The position numbers and the translations under genes were made by a program. Of a stretch of DNA of 64,000 bases, positions 26,440-39,700 are shown one piece after another. The stretch's first letter is position 1; each line of letters begins with the position of its first letter. Source of the stretch: Iphione sp. A-MEVVRFRX5 (Eukaryota); NCBI GenBank assembly GCA_976226885.1, contig OZ320314.1, forward strand, positions 82,274,001 to 82,338,000, written 5' to 3'. Below the pieces are notes generated by a model. It had not been told where the DNA came from, searched no databases, and was given only the letters and a program-made list of their open reading frames with translations.

Positions 26440-26720
26440 TAGCGGTCGAGCTGAAGTCTCTGGTCAATAATAATCTGTTAGGGAAGGATAAGTGCTTAGG
26501 TTGGATGAAAGTACCCCCTTTCTTCTTCTCATGGACGAACGGAATGGGCAGCGGTGTATACAGAGGGGAAGTTTCCAGAGCGCCGCGAGATTTTGTCCGA
26601 GTAGGCTGGAGTTGTCACCCTTTCGCAATGAAGAGGTCGTCCTCACCTAACTATGGTTCTGTGAATTCTGTCTCAGCTAACCAGCAGCCGTCACTCAGCC
26701 GCACAATTCCCATTGGCCAG
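26440..26720 (-). mobile_element. LINE APE endonuclease fragment
   Basis: WLAETEFTEP*LGEDDLFIAKG*QL...SRG...LLLTRDFSS resembles ETWL..D..I.GY / RGG / GDFN. Confidence 0.35.
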
Positions 26721-28292
26721 ACCCCCACATGGTGAGATCTGCATTGGGCCAGGGCAGCTTTGCCCCGGCCCTGTTGGATTAGAACGATATGTAGTGGGCA
26801 TCCATTGCAAAGTCTCAACTTGGAGCCCGCCTGCCCTCAATATTGTGATATGGCATCTGAAAGTGGTTCTCCAGACAGCATTCAGCCAATGACACAGTAG
26901 GTATACGGTGGTCACATCAGACGGGCTTCGGCCCTGCAGCCTGGCGGCTATGTCATGAGAGTCTTTTAATGGTCATCAGGCAATCAAAGTTACCGCAGGC
27001 TTATCGAATGACTTTGATCCATTGAGTTTTGCGCGCCCGTCTGGCTCCAGTCAATACACAAGGCTTGGGTTGTGAGCTGATTATGTGGACAATATGCGAT
27101 ACTTTAGTTCGGCAGACGCAGTACGGTTGCCGAACTCAGAAACAGGACAGAAAATACATAAACGAGGACGTTGAAGGGGATCAGGGTGGTTACAAGAAGA
27201 AATGTGTTTTTGCAGGGCCACATAAATAGTGGAGAATAAAAAGCAATGGTTCCATATTGCAGCCTTGTCACTGGAAGGTTGTAAGAGAACACAAGTTCCA
27301 AACGAAGACGATGAATTACCCTCAATTTGGGAAAGATCATAGTAGAAAGATATGGTTTTACATTGGAAATGCTAATAAACATACAGTATGCACAGTCATT
27401 TGATAAGCATGGGTATTCATGTGAAATCGATCCATATTTCTTCGAGATCGACCATGCGTGTATTTGAGACACTGCTGTCAACAGTAGTGGCAATACTCGA
27501 ACAGAAAGCTATTCGGACATTGTAATTGGTGTTTGCTGGAGGCTGCATGGCTACATGTATAGTGATGTCATGCCTTTTGGTCAGGCGTAAACACAAGCAC
27601 GTGGACCATCCCCTTTCAAATTAACCTCAGCTAATGGTGTCGTCGTCCGACTGTGCCAAACATGACCTCTTCGAGACACCCGACCGCCCAAGCCCAACCG
27701 GCGCTGCTAACTAATTCCCATCTGACAATTTACGCAGCAAGAGCTTCTTCTCGTAGGAACTATACTTTATCATCGTTCCATGGACCTCAGGATGCCCTAG
27801 GGGCATACGCATGCTGGATAACTAAGCCAGCATTTATCGTTTCCCTGCGTTTCACTCCAGAGATTACAAACAATCTAGAAGAATCCTATCTAGGATGCTC
27901 TTAAGAGATTGACTCCGCACCGATGGTATTGTTTCACAGACAGCCCCGAAAGCTTTAGCAGTCGAAATGTATTCCTATTGCCACCATCGAGGATTGGCGT
28001 GAGGCAGTCGGGGAGGGAAGGGGAGGGGGGTAGCTTGATCTATTCGATAGCCTGAACAATTTGCCAAGATAACACTCTCCTTCGAGCGAGGGGCCTGGGG
28101 AACAGGAAGAGTAACCCTGTGATTTGTTCTACTTTGTCTCTGTCTTGTGTATGTTAATGATCGTTACGTCCCGCCTGCACTCTCCTGTGGGAGGCCAAGG
28201 ATCAGAGCAGCGAGTTCAGCGTTAGTGAATCAGCCTGCTCAGCAGGTGGATGGCGCCTGTAAGCTACGAGCCCACGGGTGTGCTAGGCAACC

Positions 28293-28332
28293 CTCTCGCT
28301 CTCTCTGTCTCTGTCTCTGTCACTCCCTCCCT

Positions 28333-28376
<44 letters not shown>
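28293..28376. repeat. (CT)n-rich microsatellite
   Basis: Direct reading. Confidence 0.95.
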
Positions 28377-28378
<2 letters not shown>

Positions 28379-29589
28379 CAGCGCACGAACACTGCTCTTT
28401 ATACAAGACTACACAAGCTCCCAAATCACCAATTTGCTCAGTCTAATTGAAAGCCTAAAGCCGCAGGCCAATCTCGGGGAAACAGACTTTAAGATTTCAG
28501 GCGGCTCCAACAGTTGGCTTCCTCCTCCTTCGAAATGTGCCAGCTTATGACAGAGTCAGCGCTTGCATGACAGCTGACGTGATTCCGGTTTTTGTTGAGG
28601 CTTTTTCCAACCGCCGGTACATGGCACGTTACAGCTAGGTTCAGTGCCCGTGTACATCAACTTGATTTCTTCTGAAAAGCAAGGAAGGTGTGAAGATATT
28701 ATCCCTGAATGAATTCAAGAGGTATACGCCACGAGGTAACACAAGAAGTGTAGAGGGAATGTATGTATGTACATGTAAACATTTTAGCCAACATCCCAAC
28801 GACACAAGGTTGCTGGGTCGCGCCAAAGCATAAGCACGCGTGTACAACCGAGAAATAGCATGCTTAATGACGTTATAATATTATGAATTAATTATTTACA
28901 CAGGAACCCATGGCATGTGCTACTTCAGTGATTGTAAATGTTGGTATTCCTATGGGCTACACGACTTTAGTATTTTCAAAACGAAATACATGTATGTGTA
29001 CATGTCCAAGAAATTATAATGGTGAATATTCAACACTTTATCCCTCCTTCCAATGGTAGTTGGTCAGCATCTAAGTCACGTTTGGGCTCAATTTACCATC
29101 TGTTTAGACCCCACTATTGAAACAAATGGTACCAGTCCAGGGCACAAAGCTAATTAGATTAACAAGTGCGCAACAATGGTTGGTCGTTATTCAAGTCCTT
29201 TGATCTAAGTTATCATGCCATATGTATGGCTTTCAGAAGCGGCACTGCCACAGCAGACTATTATCACTTCGCATAGAGACGTGACAAAGTCATCAAACGC
29301 GATTTTCACCTGCCACGTGTGGACCGTAATTGCTACCAATTATGTACAACCGTGTCCTCTTTTTATATGTTTCAGGTTGCGGATCGTCGCCCGCAGTGCA
29401 CCAAGTGGGCAGTGACGCTAAACACGATGAACGGGTAAATGTAACTAATTCATCCTTTAACTATAACTGAGACCGTGCAAGGAAATTTTATGATTTGATT
29501 TACTGGATGGATATGTCAAATCTGTACAAAAGCAAAATAGCCTCTATATGTTAATTTTCCTACACTGCGTGATACAATTACATACAAGG

Positions 29590-29890
29590 AATGCTTTGTA
29601 TCGGTTAATGTCGGCACGTGAATTAGCTGTGGGCGTTTTTTTTCTCCGTGTACGAGGAACATATGGCAAACCACGCAAATCCTCTCGCCATTGGGCACTG
29701 TCTAACATGACGGCTTTGCAAACACCATTTTGTAAATCCCGGAAAGTGTTGGCGATAATTGGCCGCCATCTAGCAGCAACAAAGGCGAAAACTCGCTTCA
29801 AATCAATGGGGCTTGTGCAGCCTTTAGGACAACTCTAATTGGCACCATCGGAGCTAATGAACACCGTTACATCACGGTAGAAAGATAGTC
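29590..29890 (+). mobile_element. PIF/Harbinger transposase remnant
   Basis: MSARELAVGVFFLRVRGTY...HWALSNMTAL (HTH region, like S.EE.LA..L..LATG.SY), then TLIGTIGANEHRYIT (IGAIDG.H..I-like). Confidence 0.4.
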
Positions 29891-30099
29891 ACCCTCTGGC
29901 CTCGTCGTCGGCAAACCTGCTATATTAACCTACGTCAGGAGGTGGTTGGGGGTTGGGGGTGTTGTCGGACATTCCGCCCACCATTCACTGTGGTGGGCCC
30001 CACCCACAGTATACCCCTCCCCCGTACTACCAACAACAGTCGCATCATTCTGTCGTAAAGCGAGAGTCTGGAAACATTATTGTTGCTTACACAGTCAAT

Positions 30100-30420
30100 A
30101 TTAGACATGCCATCTAGCAGGGTCGACCTTAAAACAACACATACTGGCACCGATACCTGGGTCTTCTCCTTGGAAAAGTCCTCCTCCGTCATCCAGCATT
30201 TGCTACCTGATCCATATCCAGGTTGGTCAAGTAAATATGTTTTGGGTTATTTCTTCACTGTTTGCCATGCGTTGAATAAATACCCAGTTCACTCGTTTGC
30301 TGAAGTTACCATGGCGAAGGTTCCATTGTTTTCCCGTGCACCAGTTAACACCAGGCTGTAAATGTCACTGTTGTAATTAGTACTCGGAGCAAAACCGACC
30401 AACGTTTTAAACATTGTTGT
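30100..30420 (-). mobile_element. pogo/Tigger/Fot1-type DDE transposase remnant
   Basis: TFAMVTSANE*TGYLF...GYGSGSKCWMTEEDF resembles T...C.SA.G...PP..IF ... S..GWMT.E.F. Confidence 0.4.
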
Positions 30421-30939
30421 TGTGTAAAAAAAAAAGCTGGACTTGGCTATAAGGGCGGTTCAGTGTTTTATTGGAAGAATCCTCTTGAAATTGCTTGAGA
30501 TCCCTGCCGCACATAAAATGTGATGTTTCAGGCATCATAAAACGACAATCGAATTTTATGTGCAGAATGAGTCAGATGATAGTCTTTAAGCCGGTGGAAA
30601 TGCAAATGCCGCTTCGGGAGATGTGCATACAGCTCTACATAAATGAACACAGTCCCTGTGCATATGGTATTGGCAGTAGATGTTTTTTCACAGCAATAGT
30701 AAGCCACATTTCAATCTTCGCCCTACCTTTTAAATATTCATCCTGTTGAGTGGGAGTTAGATCAAAGCTAACAGTGGAATGTTAATCGGCATGGTAATTA
30801 TTGGGAAACGCCAGAAAGCCCTCTGGCTTTTGGCAGAAGTTCAAACTAATCAACTGCACAGACTGTCTCGATTAACGCTCGTGGCCAGTCTTGCATGATC
30901 TACGAGGTCTGCAGTCCATACTCTGACTCTGGAGAGGGT

Positions 30940-31700
30940 CAGCAGATGTGATCAGCCAGATGCAAAAAAAGACTTTTTGCCTGTCTTAACGTGCGACTTG
31001 ATTTGTTTTTGTTTGAACCCAGGCGCTGTTTATCCGAGGCTGCTGTCAGCCTTGTGCACGCTCTCTGGTACAAGATCAAACGGTTCAATTGGCGAGCCTT
31101 CCAGGTGTACCAGCTCGCTCGACCTACCTGTGTCCAAATCTTTTTCCAGTTTGGTTTTATGCACATTGGTCCCATGATGTTTCTTGGCAGCCCCCCATGG
31201 GCCAAGGAGACATCGTCGCCTGCTGAAGACCCCAACCAGGATGCATCATTTATGATTGTCGGCAATATTAATAATCTTTCCAGACTAGTCCAAACAATCA
31301 ATCTACTCCCGATCCCGCTCGGCCAGGCGTTTAAACGAGATTGGCACGAGGAGAAAATCACGATCTACAAATTCAATCATCGAGACCGATGGAAGACAAT
31401 CATCTACACGTAAAGGATAAACTGAGGCGTACGGGTTGTCGCTAACAGACACGGGATTGTAGGCCTTATCAATGACAAAAATTAACGCCAAGCTTACATG
31501 GATAGACATGTCCCGACAGGCAAGCCTTAATACACCCAAATGGCCTCAAGGTAATAGCGCCAAATTGTCTGAAGGTGAGCCAGAATCTGGCGGTTCCCAT
31601 GACAGACCTCCCATCGACTCTCGGAGTGCGGCTATTTTCTTGATGAGAGATCGGATGAATCATTATTAGTAGATACTGGAAATGCCCCCGATTTCTGATG
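30940..31700 (-). mobile_element. DIRS-like RT relic
   Basis: ARFWLTFRQFGAITLRPFGC (LPFG), VYPLRVDDCL (YLDD), RLIVWTSLERLLILPT...SWLG (G...N..KS.L.PT...LG), in the correct order across frameshifts. Confidence 0.45.
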
Positions 31701-33714
31701 CCCTTCGTAAAGTCTCGTTGTCATCCCGTTGTGAGAATAATAACTCCAGTCTACGTACACGTGTTAATCTGAGCCAGGCGAAATTCTATCAAATAATACC
31801 ATATTCTGAGTATTACATTAAATGGGCTAAAAAATAATACGAGGAAGATTGGAGACGAAAAGGATGAGAATGAAGCAGACGATATCTGCAGCTCTCCGCA
31901 CCAATGTTGAAAGCATTATGACCATCTTTTATCGACTCTGTTGTAATAAGTACTTAAGTTCAATTAAGAACTATCACCCCCGAGTCCCAGTTTAACTCTG
32001 TTCATTCCTCATAGAGGACTTATATTCATAGTAAAACAGCTACCCAGATGTGACTAATCAAAATCCAGCCTGGAACCTTTTTGATACAATGTTGTGGGCT
32101 AGACGCCAGTTAAAATGTGTTCAACCAATCTGAGTAGGCCCAGTGCAATATATAGTGTCCCTTATACATCAGACGATGTCTGTAGCGCCACTGAAAATTT
32201 GAACATCTCCTAATTTGGTAGTGCATCTGCTAATATGGTAATCCTTTTAATGCAGGTGACTTCAATAGTCCCACCAACATACACACAATAACCCCAAACT
32301 TAGATACATTTGTACCTAAAACGTTGTTCCCACTGAACTGCCTTTGATGACACCACAGCTGCCCCAAGTACTATTCCTCCTTCGAAAGTTTATGATCCAA
32401 GCCTGAAACTGTGAGCACTTCATTGTGATGTTCATTTCTTTGGAAAAGGTATAGACAACTGTATCCTGTAGCAGGTATTCGGAATACTCATATTTCTTCA
32501 GCATTTGTTCAGCAGGTTATTCTTTCTTCCTAAGAAGCGATTCCTATGAAATTCTTATTAAGAATGTTTGATGATGTGAACAAGACAAACTAAGTCTAGT
32601 GTTATCCCCACGGGCTAACCAGAAAATTGTGACATCGGATATTCCTTGCTCATATATTCTGCAATGAACATGAATGTTTAAAATTCCTGTTCACCCTCTG
32701 AAAGCTTCTTCTTTAATGCTCAGTCAGAATTATGGATGCAGAGAATAGATAGGTCCAAAACATGACATTAAAGGTATTATAATAAAGGTTCTTTAAAAGT
32801 GCATGAGAAAGGTAATTAGGTGTAGAGCATAGTACATATATTCGAATTTCAGCAGAAAGAGTACCCGGCACGAACATTATATATGTCTTTGAGGTAAACT
32901 GTGATGTGCCATGTCCAAAACTTAGCCAGGTAACATTAACTGCTAATTTCCATTATAAATTTGCCTTTGTTTCCCTACACATAGGCGGTTTTTGTCTCTG
33001 CAATGTCTGAAGTCTGATGCATTAGCCCACTCATACAAAGTAAGAATACACATCGAAAAGTACGACGATGCTAAGCTCTTTGCCGGCAGGTGGTGCGAGT
33101 AAAACAGCAGCACGACACGGTCAAAGATAACATTCGATTATTTATACAATTACAGGAGCCCAATGGGTGACATGAGAGGTCTAGACTGCAGCGGGCCGTA
33201 CCGTTTTCGAAAAGAAACACTCACTGTGCACACTTAGGCAGCAGCCCATCACACCATCCCGGCTTAAGGGATCATCTCTCTCGTCTGTTCGCCTGATGAC
33301 CGTGTTTCTTGATGGCATTATCTCGCAAATAAGAAGCGCCAGGCAGGAATACATCGCTAATTTTCCCGCTAGTATCTCATTGGCGATGAGACCGCTCAGG
33401 CGGCTGGCGACGGAGAGGGTAGATGATAAAATCTCGGCTACCGGAAACAATTTCCTACCAAAATTTGTGTGAGGAAATTGTAGCCCAGCCCAATGGCGAC
33501 CACGAGCAATGACGTGTCATTCTGAGTCGACACGTGTAGCAACATCGAAGAAGAAGAAGCGGCGCCGTGCACCACTCTGTGCAAGAACTTCCGACCGGGA
33601 AATTGGTCGGATGTGTTATGTTTAGAACGGTCGCCTCTACTGGCTCCACGAGGGCGATGGAGGCAAAGGAGGCGACTGTCTGACCCTCGGTTGAAAGGCC
33701 CGAACCTATCGACC

Positions 33715-34720
33715 TGGTAGATGATGCGTCTACGATGGTGGGAACTTATGCGGAGAGTAAATATTCCATCATCAGAGGATCATTTGTCATCAGTGCCTGA
33801 GTACTCCCAAGATTTGTATCAAGGGAGTGTCGTAATCTGCAAACGATGTCGTTCCTGTCTTATACAAGAGCGACCGAGCACCGTGGGACCCGTTCTGATT
33901 TCACCTCCGTTAACAAAGTTAAAATTGAACAGGAACTAAGCTCCAACGGATAACTTAACAAAAAGTACGAGTTTAAGCTAGAGGTGTACATTTAAACATC
34001 TCTTAACGAAATAAATAAGTCCATAAATATCCCTTTGTTACCAAGAACTTCTTTTCCAGAAGCATGAAATATTACCATTGGAAAACCTCACTTCAATTTT
34101 GATATGGAGTAACATGAGCTATGTTCGGGACTGCAAACTTTGACTTCGTCACAGAGACGTAAAACTTCAGAAATAATGTGTGCACTGCGTGTCTTCAATC
34201 TAAGTCTCGATTACCTAGATACCTTAGCAAGAGGTCTGTTGAGTTGAACCTTCAGCAGGAGAGTTAAAACCAGTGTGTGCCATTACCCTTAATTTGACCT
34301 CTTCTGAACAATATTTCTAGAGTAAAGTACAGCAGTGGGAATAATCAACAGGACTTCTAGATAACTGTTTGACCCAGCCATGATGTTTGCCCTTCCTTTG
34401 CCGGTCTCAGCTCGACAAATAATCAGTGATACAAAATGCCGTCACGATGATATCGCGTCGTCAAAATAGGAGGCGCTAGTGTGGACGTGTCCTTCAGTAA
34501 TGAAAATTAGACTGCTGTCAGAAGGCAGGTGGTCGTTATGGTGTCTGTGAGACCCTCATTCTTCTTACACGGTGTCAGGTCATTTCCTCCTACTTTAACT
34601 GACATGTGAACGGCTCGAATGCCACAGCTCTTTGTTCTGTTTTGGAATAGGCAATTCTCTGACCAAGCACTGAACCAGGTCTTATTAAAAACGAAAAAGA
34701 AACGTTGAAAATAATTATAT
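33715..34720 (+). mobile_element. hAT (Charlie/SPIN-like) transposase remnant
   Basis: DDASTMVG (DGA..M.G), ICHQCL (HC..H), ERPSTVGPVL (RWLS.G.VL), YLDTL..ELNLQQ (YL.D.F..LN.LNL.LQ) and LLKTKKKR (KTK.RN), all in order. Confidence 0.5.
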
Positions 34721-35997
34721 AAAACTCTCCAAATCAGGCAAAGCATGGTATGGTCAGCCTAAAAGTGCGGTCCCAGCGGGTAAAAACAAAAGCTGTGCAA
34801 GCATGACGTTTTGGGAATAGGTAGGTACACATGAGAATATGAACAGCGATGAATATGGGAGTTTCGCCTGACTAGGGAGTGTAAGGGCTATCTACAGCGA
34901 CGCAAAGTTTTCCATCAATTTAGGGAAACATTGCTTTGAAAATGACGTATTGCTTTCATATTATAGTTATATCTGTACGCACAGGCTGAGGTTGTTGGAA
35001 TCTGTATTGCACCCGATTCACACGATCAAAACATAGAAGTCTCCCTAAATATTCTTCAGCCTGTATGATATTTCTTATTACAGACATATTGTTCCTATAT
35101 TAACGCCAAAATTGTAGGAGATACTGTTCACAAAAATGTGTTTTGCTAGATCTAAGCAAATTCCGAGTGAATTTCTAATCAAAGCGAGTTAACTGACCGC
35201 TATTTCCCACCAGTTCTTTCTATGTGTGTAGTATCCATCTCACAAAGTGAATGCGGCCTCAAGAAATATTCATGTACGTGGAGTAAATTTTTGAATGCTG
35301 TAGCTGCCTACACGGGGTAGCGCCACGGAATAACTGCGTGTTTTAACACATCTTTACAGGATTATTGTCTGATAGACTGCATGCTATTGCTTGGTATATA
35401 CATATAGTTTCACGACGACCACGACGACTGGTGTGGTATGGAGTGTAAATTACATTATGAAGCTTGGTTATTTTTGTTTCGATGCTTTAAACAATACTTG
35501 CCAAGCGATAGCCTTACGGCTATCGAATACTGATTAAGGAAATTGGTTGTGGCATGGGCGAAATGATTCACATTCAAATGGTCACCCCAGTTCTCCTGTA
35601 TCTACCAAGGCGTGGTTTTGAATACTATGATTGGCACATTGTAGTTACTGCATCCTAAAGGACAGTAATAACTTGGTTATCATTGTGGGGGCAAAAAAAC
35701 ACCAACAAGATGCTGACTCTCTTCTGAGAACAGCCAGCTAAAAAGGAAGAGGGCTTCCCATCTGAGGCAACGTTGAAAACAAATGTCCTTTTGGTCGACA
35801 GACGAAATAGCATTAAGCGTTGGACAGGGACTCGGCACACAACTGCCAAGGCTGCATCTGGCCGTCGCCCGCCAAGTCAGACCTGGGCGCCCATCACCAG
35901 CGTTATCTTCATAAGGCACGCAGACCCCTTGGATATCGTCAACTTGTGGGCAGCCGGGTAGGTATGGGGGAAGACAATGGTTGCGTCTGTACAGTGA

Positions 35998-36210
35998 TCA
36001 ACGCCAGGCACATGAATTTAACATGGTCACATTGACAGCGGCACCTTTTATTATACTTGAAGCTTCGAAGCTTCCGAGAATGCTGCTACGCACTTCATTT
36101 ATAATTAATGCTAAGCTGGCATTCTTTACTATGTAGTCGCCCAAGTGAGTTAAGGATCTTATCGGGATTCCGGTATTTCGATACGCAAGATTCTTAACAC
36201 AACTTGGCAT
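35998..36210 (-). mobile_element. RTE-like LINE RT fragment
   Basis: IPIRSLTHLGDYIVKNASLALIINEVRSSILGSF resembles F.YLGS.I..D.....EI..RI..A...F. Confidence 0.35.
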
Positions 36211-36441
36211 TAGATTTCCGGCTGCATGTTACTGTTCTATGCATTATCACGTATTGTTTAGATTTAACAAGGTGCGCGTCATAATGTGACGTTAAGATGC
36301 ATCCTAGGAATGATCTTTCAAGCTTATATAAATGCAATTTATGCCACGCGTTCAGATGATGAGTCTGGTTTGACCTGATTTATACACGTTTGGTTATAAT
36401 GACAGTGGTCCAGGCATTAATATATGCAGTAACGGACACGA

Positions 36442-36750
36442 GTGGTGCGTAGTTATGCCATGCGTGGTCAGCTGCATGCTAAGAGAATTCTAAAGATTAC
36501 AAGGACCTTGAGTGTATGCCTGGCCAACGATATCACAGCAATATCCATTGAATACTGCCTGCATCCCATCCTCGTCATCGACGGCCCGTGCCATCGGCGG
36601 TGGCGTCTGGCAAACAAGATCGTCTTGCGCATGAACGGCGTACTCGATGTGACCAGAGACCTCTGGATAGACATTACCTCATTAGCCGGTATACGAGCAC
36701 AATGGGTCGGCCATGTCAGTCGCCTGTACCACCAACCGCCTTTCCTTTAG
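36442..36750 (+). mobile_element. RTE-like LINE ORF2 C-terminal fragment
   Basis: KRILKI... and IRAQWVGHVSRL match LR.IL.I.W ... RLRW.GHV.RM. Confidence 0.4.
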
Positions 36751-39700
36751 GTGGTCTCCGGGGCACGTGGGGTCCGCAGGCGGGCGCTGCCCAGCGCTTG
36801 CCCAGTCCATTCACTCAGCGCCTGTTTGCTTTCGAGATTGGAGTGCGAGAAACCGAATCAGCACGGCAATGAAAAACTCTTTCTGTCGGTCTTCTACTTT
36901 GGTCTGACGCTGGAGCGCACCCCCCTCTCCCCTCCCCCTCCAGGGGCGACTCTACAGACGGGAAGTGAGCACGGAAGTCGGGCGTTCGAAGGGGGCGCGT
37001 GGGCCAGGGGAGGCCTTCAGGTATAGTTGTACCACCTAGCCCGTGCCCATTGTCCTGCAAATGTCAGAGGGAGCTAGCTCTTCCCGGACCCTACGTTTAA
37101 TGCAGCCTAAATGACAGAGGAGTGCTATTTTAACAGTAAACAGTCGAGTGGAAAGCTCATTCGCGAGCTTGTACGAGACTAATATTCTTGTTATATATAA
37201 AGAGATCATCAGTTTAATTGAAAACATTGTGCTTGAATCTGAGCACATTGACAACATCACAGGCACAATATGAAATGAATATTCATGTTTGGACGAATAT
37301 ACAAGAGGATCAGATTGCAATTACCATTCGTGCTTGCCGCTGCAACGTTTATTAAAGAACCTTTTGAAGACATGATATATGGGGTCAAAGCCGGGACGAA
37401 ATTAGCAACTCACTACAAACGCAGCGGAAATAAAGTGGCTTCATTGATGTCCTGTAATGGTAGTTGGTTTAATTGATGTCCTCGATACGATGCGGCCATT
37501 ATAATATGGTCATGCTACAACTAGTATCCTATGCTCTTACGTTTCTACAAGACACACCCACGCCTGTCGAAGGAGTGAGGAATACGTTCGCTTGATGAAG
37601 AACTGGAATAGACGATCTATCATTTTATGTCGTTCCCATATTCAGTAGTCAGGAGATTATTTGACGCAAGGGAAGCTGACCGGCTCAATGCTTCGCGAAT
37701 TCCTGCATTAGCCTTGGTGAGTCCCGGTTCCCAGCTTCTTTCCGCCGCCTTCTATTCCGGCCCGTAGCCATATCGTTTTCCGTCTAGCTATTTTCTCTTG
37801 CCTGTGATCCTGGAATCGCGTGCTAAGCTCTTGGCATTCGCGTGGAAAGGCATTCGTATACCGACCACGATTTACACGTCATTGAGAGTGCTCAAGACTT
37901 TATGCTAAGTTCAGAGGTTTTGATAACTTAAGACCGATTAATGGAAGGGATGTTCTTCTCCATTACGAATATTTCTGCGTCTATATGTACAGATTGAGAA
38001 ACATTTTAAATGCCTTAGCAGCGTATGCATGGAGTTGACGGCATTTAGGAAATAGCATACTACTTGTAAACGGTTTGACTATTACTCCTCCACTGTGATA
38101 AGATAATTGGCAAATCGCTCCATTGATTCCTATGTTTTGCATTCATTGGTCATGCATTTGCTTATATAGCGATGGGATTCCACTTGGATCAACTACATGT
38201 CTCCTTGGTATTATGCCCTTAACATTATGTATAGCAAACACGGAAACTGGCTGCAGACGTGTGTCCCCGACCGGACAAACTACCTTCTAAATAAAAGAGC
38301 TCGTGAAAGGGTGGCATTTAAGGTGCTGTCGTGTCCTTGGAAACCACTAGAAAGAATAATTTCGTTGTCTGCAGATTCCTGCAGAGTGTTCTCCGAGTTT
38401 GGCTCTCGTAGTTCCTCAGTAGACCCTTTAACATTAATGCCATTTTCGTGTTCTTGTTCGAAGTTGCCTGCCACTCCAGTTGCACCCAGTAGCGCATTTA
38501 ATTCATTCCAGCCTTCATTCAATGTGAACATTCTATTTAGAAGGAGCTTCGTAACACTTATCTAGACCTGATGATGATAATTGCAAAACAAAAACACTAC
38601 AGGTGAGCAGCTCTCGTGAATTAAGAGGATTATATTTCAGGCGCCTATCTAGGTTTTGATCAAATCCCCTGGAATACCGATCACCGTCAGATAGGATATA
38701 ATTGTCAGCGAAAGTGACATCTTAATTCATCAACGCTTTCTGACTTTAGAGATCATTGCCTGGCTCCTGACTGCAGAAGTTATCATTCCCCGTCCTGTAT
38801 CTAATTCTCCTCTTTCCTGGTTTGCTTTGCAGGAGTAACCCCTTGCTCGGTCTGCCTCAACTGAGAAAGAGCTGCTAGTGCCCCTCCGGATCGATCATTC
38901 AGCATCACATCGGCCTTGCTATCCCAATCCGGCGCTGCGTGTTTCCTAAGACCACCTTTACTCGGGTTTGTGGTGAAATCGGTCGTAAAAGGAGATGGCA
39001 GGCTGACGGCGAGGTACCATAATCTCTATAGTTTACTGAACCAGCACAACTATCACTGAAACGTAAAATGATGGCAAACACTCGCGATAGTCTTTTATTC
39101 CCCACCCCATCCCCACCAACTCCTATTGCAGACAACCTGTCTCGCTAGCCTTTTCATGACGGCTGATATGAAGAATAGCGGTTATGGCAAGCGCTGAGGT
39201 ACGTGGCAGTGCTCAAAGAGTAGCAGGCCTGATTTCAGAGACCAGCCAGTTGCCGGGGTGGTCAGGCTGATCAAAGACACGGGGGCGCCAAGCGCCGTGG
39301 GGGAAGCGTTAGCATGGGGTGATGGGCTGAGCACCCACTAAGCGGCGCTGACCACCTGATGAATAGAGTGCCTCCAACTCTCTGTGGGGCTATTGGCTGA
39401 TTGCCCTTCGGAGATTGACCCACCCACCTATCCACCTACCCCACCCACACGTCACTTCCACTGCCCCCCTCGGCACAGCCTACGAAGCAGGCAGCAACTT
39501 GCTATCATGTACCCACCATTTTGTTCCAGGGCCCCACATTAGAGACTTATTTCACCGACACACGGGTACTCGATCACAAGCAGGTTTGGAGCTGTGTGTC
39601 TAGTACCTGTAGTGGGTAGGCATCAACGCCTAGGTCCTTTCGCTAAGCTAACAGCAATTTTCCGTACAAATCCGACGTAGATATGCCCCCATCAAGTTTC

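Noticed and set aside
34870-35310. Possible MITE bounded by GGCTATCTACAGC / GCTGTAGCTGCC
   Set aside because: The inverted match is short and imperfect, with no clear TSD.
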